The translations under genes and the position numbers were made by a program. Below the pieces are notes generated by a model. The model searched no databases. It was not told the DNA's origin and worked only from the letters and a program-made list of their open reading frames with translations. From NCBI GenBank assembly GCA_964247135.1, contig CAXTTL010000088.1:1-17640 (forward strand): DNA of 17,640 bases, written 5' to 3'. Positions within the stretch are counted from its first letter, which is position 1; each line of letters begins with the position of its first letter. Shown here piece by piece: positions 1 through 7,704 of this stretch. Origin of the DNA: an uncultured Deinococcales bacterium. GTDB taxonomy: Bacteria > Deinococcota > Deinococci > Deinococcales > JAAFIG01.

Positions 1-308
1 GCATCCTTTTGGTCTTGAGGCAGCACGCCAAAAATGACGAACGACCGTATTCCCAACTTTATGCCTCGCTCGAGTTGCGGCAAGAATTCGTCAACGCTAA
101 ACCTCGAGATTCCTGGCAGCGCCCCAATGGGTTGAATGGTTTTTGAGCCTGGAACCACAAAAAACGGCGCGATAAAATCTTGAGGGCGCAAGACTGTTTC
201 CGCCACGGAATCGCGCAATGCCGCATTCGAGCGCAACCGTCTCGGACGTTGTAAAAGCTCGAGGGCTGATTCGAGCAAAATGCTGGGTCGTTCAGTTAAA
301 TCGTGCAT
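1..308 (-). CDS. hemB: Porphobilinogen synthase (delta-aminolevulinate dehydratase), N-terminal part; runs off the window edge
   Basis: Not in the ORF track; translated by hand from ATG at 308: MHDLTERPSILLESALELLQRPRRLRSNAALRDSVAETVLRPQDFIAPFFVVPG...LPGISRFSVDE...FGVLPQDQKD. Contains the RPRRLR...AET.L HemB N-terminal motif. GGAG SD at 314-317; overlaps the hemD stop. Confidence 0.95.
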   Translation of the reverse strand, partial: MHDLTERPSILLESALELLQRPRRLRSNAALRDSVAETVLRPQDFIAPFFVVPGSKTIQPIGALPGISRFSVDEFLPQLERGIKLGIRSFVIFGVLPQDQKD

Positions 309-984
309 TGATTCTCCGATCTTTTAAGGCTTCCAACACTTCGATCACCGCAGACATCTCCGGTTTTTGCGCAACCACGCAAGCCCAACCTCGAGCCAGG
401 ATGCTGGCAGCCGTGGTCTGACCCAGCGCCACCAAATCGGCAGCTCGAGCCACATTTTCTGGAATCACATTGACCGCGCTCGGACTCATCAAGACAATCG
501 CGTGATGCTCAAAACCCAGAACATCATCCCAAGAATTGGAGCGGGTTTGATACACCTCGAGAAACCGAACCTCGAGATTTGCCGCACGTAACGCTTTAGG
601 TAAGGTCATGAGTGAATGATCGCCGCCAATGACGGCAATCGGTGATTGGGGTTTGTACTCGAGGAATTCTTTGGCGAAACTGGCACTGTTGCCGCCGATA
701 GCCATAAACGCGACGTTCGCACCAGCTTGACGCAATGCCTGCGCCGTGGCGACACCCACCGCTGCCACTTTACGCCCGACCAAAACACCAGTTTGCTGTA
801 ATGCCTCAACCGCCGCGACGCTGGTAAAGAGCCACCATTCGCAGTCCATGATTGACTCGAGGTTGACGTTAGGGATTGCGCGAGTACGAACGAGCGGGTG
901 ATGCACCACCGAAAAACCGCGTTGCTCGAGAACGGTTTGCAAAATTTCAAAACGGTTGTTGGAATGGGTCAAAATCACGTTCAT
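292..984 (-). CDS. hemD: Uroporphyrinogen-III synthase
   Basis: Motifs FTSVAAVE, AAVGVATAQAL, EVYQT, MSPSAV, ALGQTTA. Start moved from 1143 to the ATG at 984, which forms an ATGA overlap with the hemC stop (981-983). Confidence 0.92.
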   Translation of the reverse strand: MNVILTHSNNRFEILQTVLEQRGFSVVHHPLVRTRAIPNVNLESIMDCEWWLFTSVAAVEALQQTGVLVGRKVAAVGVATAQALRQAGANVAFMAIGGNSASFAKEFLEYKPQSPIAVIGGDHSLMTLPKALRAANLEVRFLEVYQTRSNSWDDVLGFEHHAIVLMSPSAVNVIPENVARAADLVALGQTTAASILARGWACVVAQKPEMSAVIEVLEALKDRRINARFN

Positions 985-1874
985 GATTTCACCAACATGT
1001 TCTCTTGGACAATCTCGGAATGAATTTTGGCAATAACATCTTCGCTCGAGCCGTGGGCTTTGTAAAAACGCCCGCCGTACCAAGCCAACAACGACACGCC
1101 ATCCTCGAGTTTGACCGCACTTGCGCCGAGCGCCAATTGACAACCACCCTCGAGACGCGCCATCAAACCACGTTCGATTTTCACGGTTTCTCGAGCTTCA
1201 AGGTTGTCCAAGGTTTTCAGAAGCTCGAGCGTTTGCACATCGTCAGTACGACACTCGAGCGCCAGTGCACCCTGTCCTGGGGCGGGAACAAAAACTTCAG
1301 GCTCGAGCGTGATGACCTCTAAATCACTCAAATCCAAATTGAGGCGTTTCAAACCCGCCACCGCCAGCACAATCGCGTCGTAATCGCCACGCCGCAATTT
1401 TTCGACCCGGGTCGGTACGTTGCCACGCAATTCGCGCAACTCGAGGTCGGGACGCAAGGCATTCAGTTGGGCTTGACGACGAACCGCACTTGTCCCAACG
1501 CTTGCGCCCAAACGCACTGGAAGTTTCAAAGCGCTCGAGTCAAAAGCGTTTGGATTGATTAAAAGCATTTCTCGAGCATCTTCACGCGCTGGAATCGCGG
1601 CGATGGTCAGCCCTGGCGTGACGGCGCTCGGCAAATCCTTTAAGGAATGCACGGCAACATCTGCGCTTCCCTCGAGCACCGCCTCTTGCACCGCCTTGGT
1701 GAAAAAACCCTGCCCCAGCATGTTGCGAAACGCTGCCGATTCGCGGTCGCCTTGGGTTTCGATAATTTTCAGTTCAACGCTTCCACCGCAAAGCTCGAGT
1801 TGCAGCCGAACCCAATTGGCTTGCCACAACGCCAAAGCGCTGCCCCGCGTTGCAATCCGAATCTTATGCACCAA
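981..1874 (-). CDS. hemC: Hydroxymethylbilane synthase (porphobilinogen deaminase)
   Basis: IATRGSALALWQA, VHSLKDLP, GTSAVRR, LRGNVPTRVEKL, PAPGQGALA, EGGC cofactor cysteine. Start is TTG 1874 or GTG 1871, overlapping the hemA stop. Confidence 0.97.
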   Translation of the reverse strand: MVHKIRIATRGSALALWQANWVRLQLELCGGSVELKIIETQGDRESAAFRNMLGQGFFTKAVQEAVLEGSADVAVHSLKDLPSAVTPGLTIAAIPAREDAREMLLINPNAFDSSALKLPVRLGASVGTSAVRRQAQLNALRPDLELRELRGNVPTRVEKLRRGDYDAIVLAVAGLKRLNLDLSDLEVITLEPEVFVPAPGQGALALECRTDDVQTLELLKTLDNLEARETVKIERGLMARLEGGCQLALGASAVKLEDGVSLLAWYGGRFYKAHGSSEDVIAKIHSEIVQENMLVKS

Positions 1875-3060
1875 CCATCACCTGATCTTCTGGTTGAAAA
1901 TTCCCTCGAGCCAAACCCGCTTCATCCAAAAAAGAGTACGCCATTTCCAGACCGTGCGCTCGAGCCAAACCGCGCAAACCCTTGACCGGAATGTGCGCGA
2001 AACGGTGCGCCAAACGCGTGACATCTTCGGGCGCGAGCAAATCGCCCACCGTGCGTTCGATGGTTTGGCGGTAAACATCACGCAGTTGACTGATCGCCGC
2101 CCCCAAGGAGCGTTCGGCAAATTCGCCCAGCGCAAGCTCGAGTTCGCTGGCAACAATCATTTCGGCTTGCGCGAGAAGGGTTTGTAATTTTTCGCGCCGC
2201 GCATCGCCCAGTTTTTGCAATTGCGCCAGATCAATCAAACGCAGGTTTGAAGCTCGAGCGTCGGTTGGATTAACGTTGCGCGGCAAGCCCAAATCGACCA
2301 GGATTTCAAGGTTTTTTTGGGTCTCGAGAAAACTTGCATTGATGATGTTTTCGGCACCTGTCGCGCAGATGATGGCGTTGACTTGGGTTGAGCCTTGCAA
2401 AAAATCCTGTAACGCCATCGCTCGAGCATTGACGCTCAAAGCCAGATTTTCAGCACGCTCGAGGTTTCGATTCACAATCAACATTTCAAACCCTGAATCC
2501 GCGAGGCTTCTTGCCACCAACGCACCCATTTCACCCGCGCCCAAAATGGAAACTCGAGCGTTTCTGGGCAGTTTCTCGAGTTCTGGTCTCGCAAGGCTGA
2601 ACAAACTCGTGTTGGCTGGCGCGAGTGCAACCTCACGGCGCACACGTTTGGCAATGCGCAAGGCAGTGTTAAAAGCAAAACTGGTCGTCGAACCCACGCG
2701 CCCAGCCTTTCGCGCCGTTTCAAACGCGACCCGCACTTGGTTCATGATCTGATCCTCGCCAGGGTTGAGCGAATCGAGCGAAGCCGCCACCCGACACAAA
2801 TGCTCGAGCGCGGCATCCCCCAAAAAAGCATAACCTCGAGCTTCAGAACCCGCGATTTGCTGACGGATTTGCTCGAGGTTTGCCGTGTCATCGAGTGCCA
2901 ACACCAACTCGCAACGGTTGCAGGTTTGAAGGCTGACCAACTCGAGCACGCCTACTGGAAGGGGCTGCTCGAGCACACCAGTCAAGGTTTCAGTCCAGGC
3001 GGTGAGCGCATCCGCGCCGCCTCGTCGTCCAGAAACCCCAATCAGTGCCAGTCGTTCCAT
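1864..3060 (-). CDS. hemA: Glutamyl-tRNA reductase
   Basis: TCNRCE catalytic Cys motif, HLCRVAASLDSLNPGEDQI, GAGEMG Rossmann motif, NRNLERA, DLGLPRNV. Start placed at ATG 3060 (alternative ATG 3072) because the longer ORF would cover the promoter region. Confidence 0.95.
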   Translation of the reverse strand: MERLALIGVSGRRGGADALTAWTETLTGVLEQPLPVGVLELVSLQTCNRCELVLALDDTANLEQIRQQIAGSEARGYAFLGDAALEHLCRVAASLDSLNPGEDQIMNQVRVAFETARKAGRVGSTTSFAFNTALRIAKRVRREVALAPANTSLFSLARPELEKLPRNARVSILGAGEMGALVARSLADSGFEMLIVNRNLERAENLALSVNARAMALQDFLQGSTQVNAIICATGAENIINASFLETQKNLEILVDLGLPRNVNPTDARASNLRLIDLAQLQKLGDARREKLQTLLAQAEMIVASELELALGEFAERSLGAAISQLRDVYRQTIERTVGDLLAPEDVTRLAHRFAHIPVKGLRGLARAHGLEMAYSFLDEAGLARGNFQPEDQVMVGA

Positions 3061-3095
3061 GCTGTTGACCATGTTGCAACAAAAGGCAATGAGGA

Positions 3096-3113
3096 GTGTC
3101 ACAAAACTGTCAG
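3096..3113. promoter_or_regulatory. OmpR/PhoB-type direct-repeat box upstream of hemA
   Basis: GTGTCACAAAACTGTCAG has TGTCA repeated with an 11-bp period and matches the Pho-box CTGTCATAAAACTGTCAT at 15/18 positions. Confidence 0.5.
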
Positions 3114-3133
3114 AGGGTTGAAACTCGGCAAAC

Positions 3134-3162
3134 TTGACTTCCAAGCTGAACAACATTATTGT
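3134..3162 (+). promoter_or_regulatory. Sigma70-type promoter for the NTase-Xre module (probably leaderless mRNA)
   Basis: TTGACT (3134-3139), 17-bp spacer, TATTGT (3157-3162), then 6 nt to GTG at 3169; no SD. Confidence 0.75.
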
Positions 3163-3169
3163 TGTTCAG
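3146..3169. promoter_or_regulatory. Palindromic operator over the -10 box, probably bound by the Xre protein
   Basis: CTGAACAACA-TTAT-TGTTGTTCAG, perfect 10-bp arms. Confidence 0.75.
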
Positions 3170-3621
3170 TGATTCCACCTTTCGACGAGCATGGAAACCT
3201 GCCCCCAGGTGAACACCCCTGCTCTTGGGACGAACTCGAGCATCGCTACGCCACCACCAGTCACCGAATCAACCTTTTAAACGGCTTGCAAGCGGCTTTG
3301 CACAACCTTCAAAGCGCTGGTTGCCGCACCGTTTGGATTGATGGCAGTTTTATCAGCGACAAAGCACAACCCAACGATTACGACGCCTGCTGGGATTCAG
3401 AAAACGTTGACCCAGATTTACTCGAGCCAACCCTGCTCAATTTTGCGCACCCTCGCAATGCCATGAAACGCAAATACCGAGGCGAATTGTTCATTGCCGA
3501 CCTACCCGCCACACCACACGGCGAAACCTTTCTGGATTTCTTTCAAAAAGACCGCAACGGCAACCCAAAAGGCATTCTCAGGCTCGACCTCTCGAGTTTA
3601 GCAACGCCAGAAAGGACGTGA
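3169..3621 (+). CDS. Minimal Pol-beta-superfamily nucleotidyltransferase-like protein (DUF6932-like), putative toxin/effector, 150 aa
   Basis: MIPPFDEHGNLPPGEH...WIDGSFISDKAQPNDYDACWD has the GS-x(8)-DxD nucleotidyltransferase motif. Start is GTG 3169; the upstream part of ORF 2737..3621 is antisense to hemA. Family name is from recall and needs an HMM check. Confidence 0.8.
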   Translation: MIPPFDEHGNLPPGEHPCSWDELEHRYATTSHRINLLNGLQAALHNLQSAGCRTVWIDGSFISDKAQPNDYDACWDSENVDPDLLEPTLLNFAHPRNAMKRKYRGELFIADLPATPHGETFLDFFQKDRNGNPKGILRLDLSSLATPERT

Positions 3622-3624
3622 ACC

Positions 3625-4020
3625 ATGATTCAGAACGAACATCAATACCGAATGACCAAAGCAGCCTTAAAGCGCTTTACGCTCGCCTTAAAAGAATATC
3701 AACCGAGTCCAAAACTTCATCCAAAACTTGCCACTGCCCAACGCGAAGCCTTTCGGGGACAGATCGATTCGCTCAAAGCCGAACTCGAGGAATTTGAACA
3801 ACTCAAACAAAATGCTTTGAATTTGGACACCGAACCGCTCGAGCGCATCGCTGAAAAACTCATTCAAGCTCGGGTTGCTCGTGGGTTCACACAAGCCGAA
3901 CTGGCGGCAAAACTCAAAATGAAACCGCAACAGATTCAACGTTACGAAGCGAGCAAATACGCCAGCGCCAGTCTTGCCAGGGTACTCGAGGTGGCACGGG
4001 TCTTACAAAACGCGAAGTAG
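3625..4020 (+). CDS. Xre/Cro-family HTH protein with N-terminal helical extension, putative antitoxin/autorepressor
   Basis: LIQARVARGFTQAELAAKLKMKPQQIQRYEASKY is an HTH_3 pattern. AGGA SD at 3613-3616; 3 nt after the upstream stop. Confidence 0.88.
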   Translation: MIQNEHQYRMTKAALKRFTLALKEYQPSPKLHPKLATAQREAFRGQIDSLKAELEEFEQLKQNALNLDTEPLERIAEKLIQARVARGFTQAELAAKLKMKPQQIQRYEASKYASASLARVLEVARVLQNAK

Positions 4021-4083
4021 TCTCGAGCTTCAGGTTTTGTTGCCCCTTGCCATCAAGCGAACTCGGGTTGTAAGGTTCGCACC

Positions 4084-5406
4084 GTGAACCCGAAACCAAA
4101 CACCACAACATCCAGTCAACTCTTCCAACGCGCCCAGCAAGTCATCCCTGGCGGCGTCAATTCTCCTGTGCGGGCTTTTGGTGCGGTGGGCGGCGTACCG
4201 AGGTTTATTGCCAAAGCCAATGGCTCGAGGATGTGGGACGAGGACGGCAACGAATTTGTGGATTACATCGGTTCGTGGGGTCCGATGATTCTTGGTCACG
4301 CACACCCAAAAGTGGCTGACGCGATTCGGCTGGCGCTCGAGGGTGGCACGAGTTTTGGAGCGCCCACAAAGCGCGAGATTGAACTTGCCGAGTTGGTCTT
4401 AAATGCCTACCCAAGCTGTGAGCGTGTGCGTTTTGTCTCGAGCGGGACTGAAGCCACCATGAGCGCTTTGCGGCTCGCTCGAGGGGTCACGGGTCGCAAG
4501 TACATTGTAAAATTCCGTGGAAATTACCACGGGCATTCGGATGGATTGTTGGTGCAGGCAGGTTCGGGCATGTTGACGGCATCTGGAGGCTCGAGCAACA
4601 GTGCGCCGAGCAGCGCTGGCGTACCAGCAGAATTTGCCAGCCTGACCTTGGTTGCCGATTACAACGTTCCTGAAACACTCGAGCAATTGTTTGCAAATTT
4701 TCCAGAGCAAATAGCCGCCGTGATTTTTGAACCCGTGGTCGGCAACGCGGGGCTGCTCGAGCCGACAGCAGCATTTTTAAAAAGCCTGCATGAACTTTGC
4801 AAAACCAATGGCACGCTGCTTATTGCCGATGAAGTCATGACCGGTTTTAGACTCTCACCAGGCGGCGCAACCCAACTTCTCAAACTCGAGCCTGACATTG
4901 TTTGCTGGGGTAAAATTATTGGCGGCGGCTTGCCCGTCGGAGCTTACGGTGCAAAGGCGAGCATCATGGATTTTGTCGCACCGAGCGGTCCTGTCTACCA
5001 AGCGGGAACACTTTCAGGCAACCCACTGGCGATGGCGGCAGGCATCGCCACCCTGACCGAACTCGCGCTCAACCCACCGTATGCACAACTCGAGGCTTAC
5101 GGAGCACAGTTGCAATCGGGGTTGGAACTGCTGGCGCTAGAAGCTGGCGTACCATTGACGGTCAACCGCGTCGGTTCAATGATGACGGCATTCTTTCAAG
5201 CTGGTGAAGTTCGGACGTACAACGATGCCGTGAAATCTGACACCGAAGCCTTCAAAGTGTTTTTCAACGCCATGCTCGAGCGCGGCGTGTACTTTCCTCC
5301 AAGTCAATTTGAAGCCGCATTCATCTCGAGCAAGCACGATCAAACCGACCTCGAGTTGACCTTGAATGCGGCGCGAGAAGCGTTAGGGGTTGTTGCAAGA
5401 GGTTAA
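4084..5406 (+). CDS. hemL: Glutamate-1-semialdehyde 2,1-aminomutase
   Basis: PGGVNSPVRAF, DYIGSWGPMILGH, SSGTEATM, DEVMTGFR, GKIIGGGLPVG (PLP lysine), YQAGTLSGNP. TAAGGT -10 box at 4071-4076, 7 nt before the GTG. Confidence 0.98.
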   Translation: MNPKPNTTTSSQLFQRAQQVIPGGVNSPVRAFGAVGGVPRFIAKANGSRMWDEDGNEFVDYIGSWGPMILGHAHPKVADAIRLALEGGTSFGAPTKREIELAELVLNAYPSCERVRFVSSGTEATMSALRLARGVTGRKYIVKFRGNYHGHSDGLLVQAGSGMLTASGGSSNSAPSSAGVPAEFASLTLVADYNVPETLEQLFANFPEQIAAVIFEPVVGNAGLLEPTAAFLKSLHELCKTNGTLLIADEVMTGFRLSPGGATQLLKLEPDIVCWGKIIGGGLPVGAYGAKASIMDFVAPSGPVYQAGTLSGNPLAMAAGIATLTELALNPPYAQLEAYGAQLQSGLELLALEAGVPLTVNRVGSMMTAFFQAGEVRTYNDAVKSDTEAFKVFFNAMLERGVYFPPSQFEAAFISSKHDQTDLELTLNAAREALGVVARG

Positions 5407-5414
5407 ATCTTGCT

Positions 5415-5801
5415 TTAAATATCTATTTGCTCTGATGATCTAATTTTTTGTTTGATTTCTCTATAGAAATTCAGTGTATCTCAAGGGTAAATAACGTAAC
5501 CTTGAAATTTTTCAGTAAAAGCAAATTTAACTTTGCGATTCGTAGTGATATAAATTTTTGAGATGGGAAGTACGGTTCTTGGGTCTGGGAAGGAGGTTTT
5601 ACTTGAAACAATATTCATTTTTTGATTATTGATGGAAAGAAAAAGAATTTCACTATATTTAATGAAATTCTGTTGATAATTTAGAAAATAGATACCAATA
5701 CCGTCTTTTTCTAGTTTATATCTGATAAGTATTTTATGGTAGCCAAACAGTGCAACGTATACATACAATACAAAAAATATCGTAACAAAAACTTCGCTCA
5801 T
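5415..5801 (-). pseudogene. AT-rich small membrane-anchored protein (TM helix plus possible bacterial PH-like domain) interrupted by an in-frame TGA at 5481-5483
   Basis: ATG at 5801 lies 1 nt after the permease stop. MSEVFVTIFFVLYVYVALFG TM segment. After the TGA the frame continues DTLNFYREIKQKIRSSEQIDI to TAA at 5415-5417, 8 bp from the hemL stop. Domain call is tentative. Confidence 0.6.
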
Positions 5802-5802
5802 A

Positions 5803-6633
5803 TCATAAATCTTTGCGTTCAAACAATGCCACGGCAGCCACAGCACACGCAATGGTGTACATCAAAAGTAAAATCAGGGATTGCTCGATCTTGAAATGAC
5901 TGGTGCGAATTGGTGAGTACGCATCCAAATGCTCAGTCAAGAGAAGGGGTTTAAGCCAAGTGAACACCGCCAAAAGCCGCATCAAAATAATACTGGCAAC
6001 GGTGGCGAGTGCGGCGGCGGCGGTGTTCATGTACAAAATGCCGAAGACAATCCCCAAACCTGCAATTGGGGACAGCACCAAACCCGCAATCAAATAGGCT
6101 CGAACCAACTCGAACAACGCGGTCATCGGCTCGAGGTTGCCAATGCCGTTAAAACCGCCCTCGGCAAGTCCTGTGCCGCCAAAAAAACTGCCAAAACCGA
6201 AGCGAAGCCCACCAATCAACAAACTGCTGAGCAAAGTTACCAGCAGCAGCATGAGCGGGTAGAGCACCGCAACAAACAGTTTGGAGAGGGCAATGCGGGT
6301 TCTCGAGACAGGTCGGAGCAACAAGGGCGCGAGTGTCCCCCAGGCAACCTCACCCCCGACAATTTCGGCACAGGTCACGGCGACCAGCAAGGGCAGCAAA
6401 AAGGGCATGACGATAAACAGCGTCAAGCCTGGAACTTGCCAGCCAGACACCAGAATCAGGTTTGCACCGACCACCTGCGACAAGCCGTCGTCGGGCGCGA
6501 AAATCAGCAAAATCGGAATAAAAAACGCCACGATCAAACCAAGGCGCACGCTGCGAAAACCGATCAATTTGCGAAACTCGAGTTGCAACAACCCGTAACC
6601 AGAACCTGGCAGTTTGATGTTTGCTTGTGTCAT
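5803..6633 (-). CDS. ABC-2-type exporter permease
   Basis: About six TM segments; [25 protein letters not shown] motif; C-terminal FERKDL; ATGA overlap with the ATPase stop. Confidence 0.92.
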   Translation of the reverse strand: MTQANIKLPGSGYGLLQLEFRKLIGFRSVRLGLIVAFFIPILLIFAPDDGLSQVVGANLILVSGWQVPGLTLFIVMPFLLPLLVAVTCAEIVGGEVAWGTLAPLLLRPVSRTRIALSKLFVAVLYPLMLLLVTLLSSLLIGGLRFGFGSFFGGTGLAEGGFNGIGNLEPMTALFELVRAYLIAGLVLSPIAGLGIVFGILYMNTAAAALATVASIILMRLLAVFTWLKPLLLTEHLDAYSPIRTSHFKIEQSLILLLMYTIACAVAAVALFERKDL

Positions 6634-7601
6634 GCTCTCTCCACGCGTTCACGGTAGTATTCGTACAGGTCAAACAAATCCGGCGCGGCTTCAAAAATTC
6701 GTACACCCTCGAGCGCCAACACCCGAATCGCGGCGGGGGCGTGCATTTCGCCCTCCAAATGCGCGATGGTGTACGGCGGACGGGCGTATGCCCTGGTGAC
6801 AAACGGTTGCGTGCTGAGGGCGGCGGCGGCTCTGGCGGGATCATCGACCCGAAAACGGTACGCGCTTTGGCGGGTGCTTAAATCCACTTCCTCGAGCAAC
6901 CTGCCGCCGCCCAGAATGCAAACCTTGTGGGCATAACTCGAGACTTCGCGCAAATGGTGCGTGCTGAGGATGGTCGCCGTGCCGCTGGATGCCATGCTCG
7001 AGAGAATACGGTGAATCAGACCGATGCCGAGCGGGTCGAGACCGCTGGTGGGTTCGTCGAGAATCAGCACTTTTGGGTTTGCCAAGATTGCACCAGCCAA
7101 GCCGAGCCGTTGACGCTGCCCAAGGCTGTACTCGCCCACTTTACGATCCTGCATTCGCAAGAGTTCGGTCAGCGTCAAGACTTCGCGAACCCGAGCAGCA
7201 TCAAGTTTGAACAGCACGCCATCGTTGCCGATTCCGACGCCGCCCGCCAACCGCGCATGAGCCTCGAGATTCTCACGACCCGTCAAGTGCGGGTAAAAGG
7301 CGGCTGGCGCTTCGACCACCGCGCCCATAAAACGCCGCACCCGAGGTCCGCCCTGGTGCACGTCCTCGCCGTTTAACAGCACCTTGCCGCTGGTCGGAAA
7401 CGACAAGCCCGTAATCAGGCGAATCAAGGTGGTTTTACCTGCGCCGTTCGGACCCGCTAGGGCGTAAACTTGCCCGGGCAAAACGTTGAAGTTCACAGCC
7501 TCGAGCACCGGAATTTTCCCGTATTTCTTACCCAAATTGATGGCGCTCACCGCAGGTACGATGGCGGTTGAGGGCGGAGCACTGGCAGGTGTTGAAGTCA
7601 T
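6630..7601 (-). CDS. ABC exporter ATP-binding protein (BcrA/DrrA-like)
   Basis: Walker [10 protein letters not shown], signature YSLGQRQR, Walker [12 protein letters not shown]-loop STHHL. Start ATG 7601 (alternative 7616, which lies inside a TATGCT -10-like box). Confidence 0.95.
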   Translation of the reverse strand: MTSTPASAPPSTAIVPAVSAINLGKKYGKIPVLEAVNFNVLPGQVYALAGPNGAGKTTLIRLITGLSFPTSGKVLLNGEDVHQGGPRVRRFMGAVVEAPAAFYPHLTGRENLEAHARLAGGVGIGNDGVLFKLDAARVREVLTLTELLRMQDRKVGEYSLGQRQRLGLAGAILANPKVLILDEPTSGLDPLGIGLIHRILSSMASSGTATILSTHHLREVSSYAHKVCILGGGRLLEEVDLSTRQSAYRFRVDDPARAAAALSTQPFVTRAYARPPYTIAHLEGEMHAPAAIRVLALEGVRIFEAAPDLFDLYEYYRERVERA

Positions 7602-7704
7602 GCTGTCAGGAAGCATACCGCATTCGGTCTAAGTCCAGCGCAGGTTTTTCGCATCGGGAATTCTGACCCCTGAAATCCAGGCTCGAGTGCGGTACGCTAA
7701 CCCC

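Noticed and set aside
985-1143. N-terminal extension of HemD
   Set aside because: Overlaps hemC in another frame; the ATGA-coupled start at 984 is more plausible.
2737-3168. N-terminal 144 codons of ORF 2737..3621 as a fusion domain
   Set aside because: Antisense to hemA and runs through the promoter; a clear promoter and GTG start exist at 3169.
3076-4043. 9-bp inverted match GCAACAAAA / TTTTGTTGC flanking the NTase-Xre module as mobile-element ends
   Set aside because: Short, low complexity, no target duplication and no transposase.
5481-5483. Selenocysteine or recoded TGA
   Set aside because: No redox motif or evident SECIS-like hairpin, and TGA is used as an ordinary stop in neighbouring genes.
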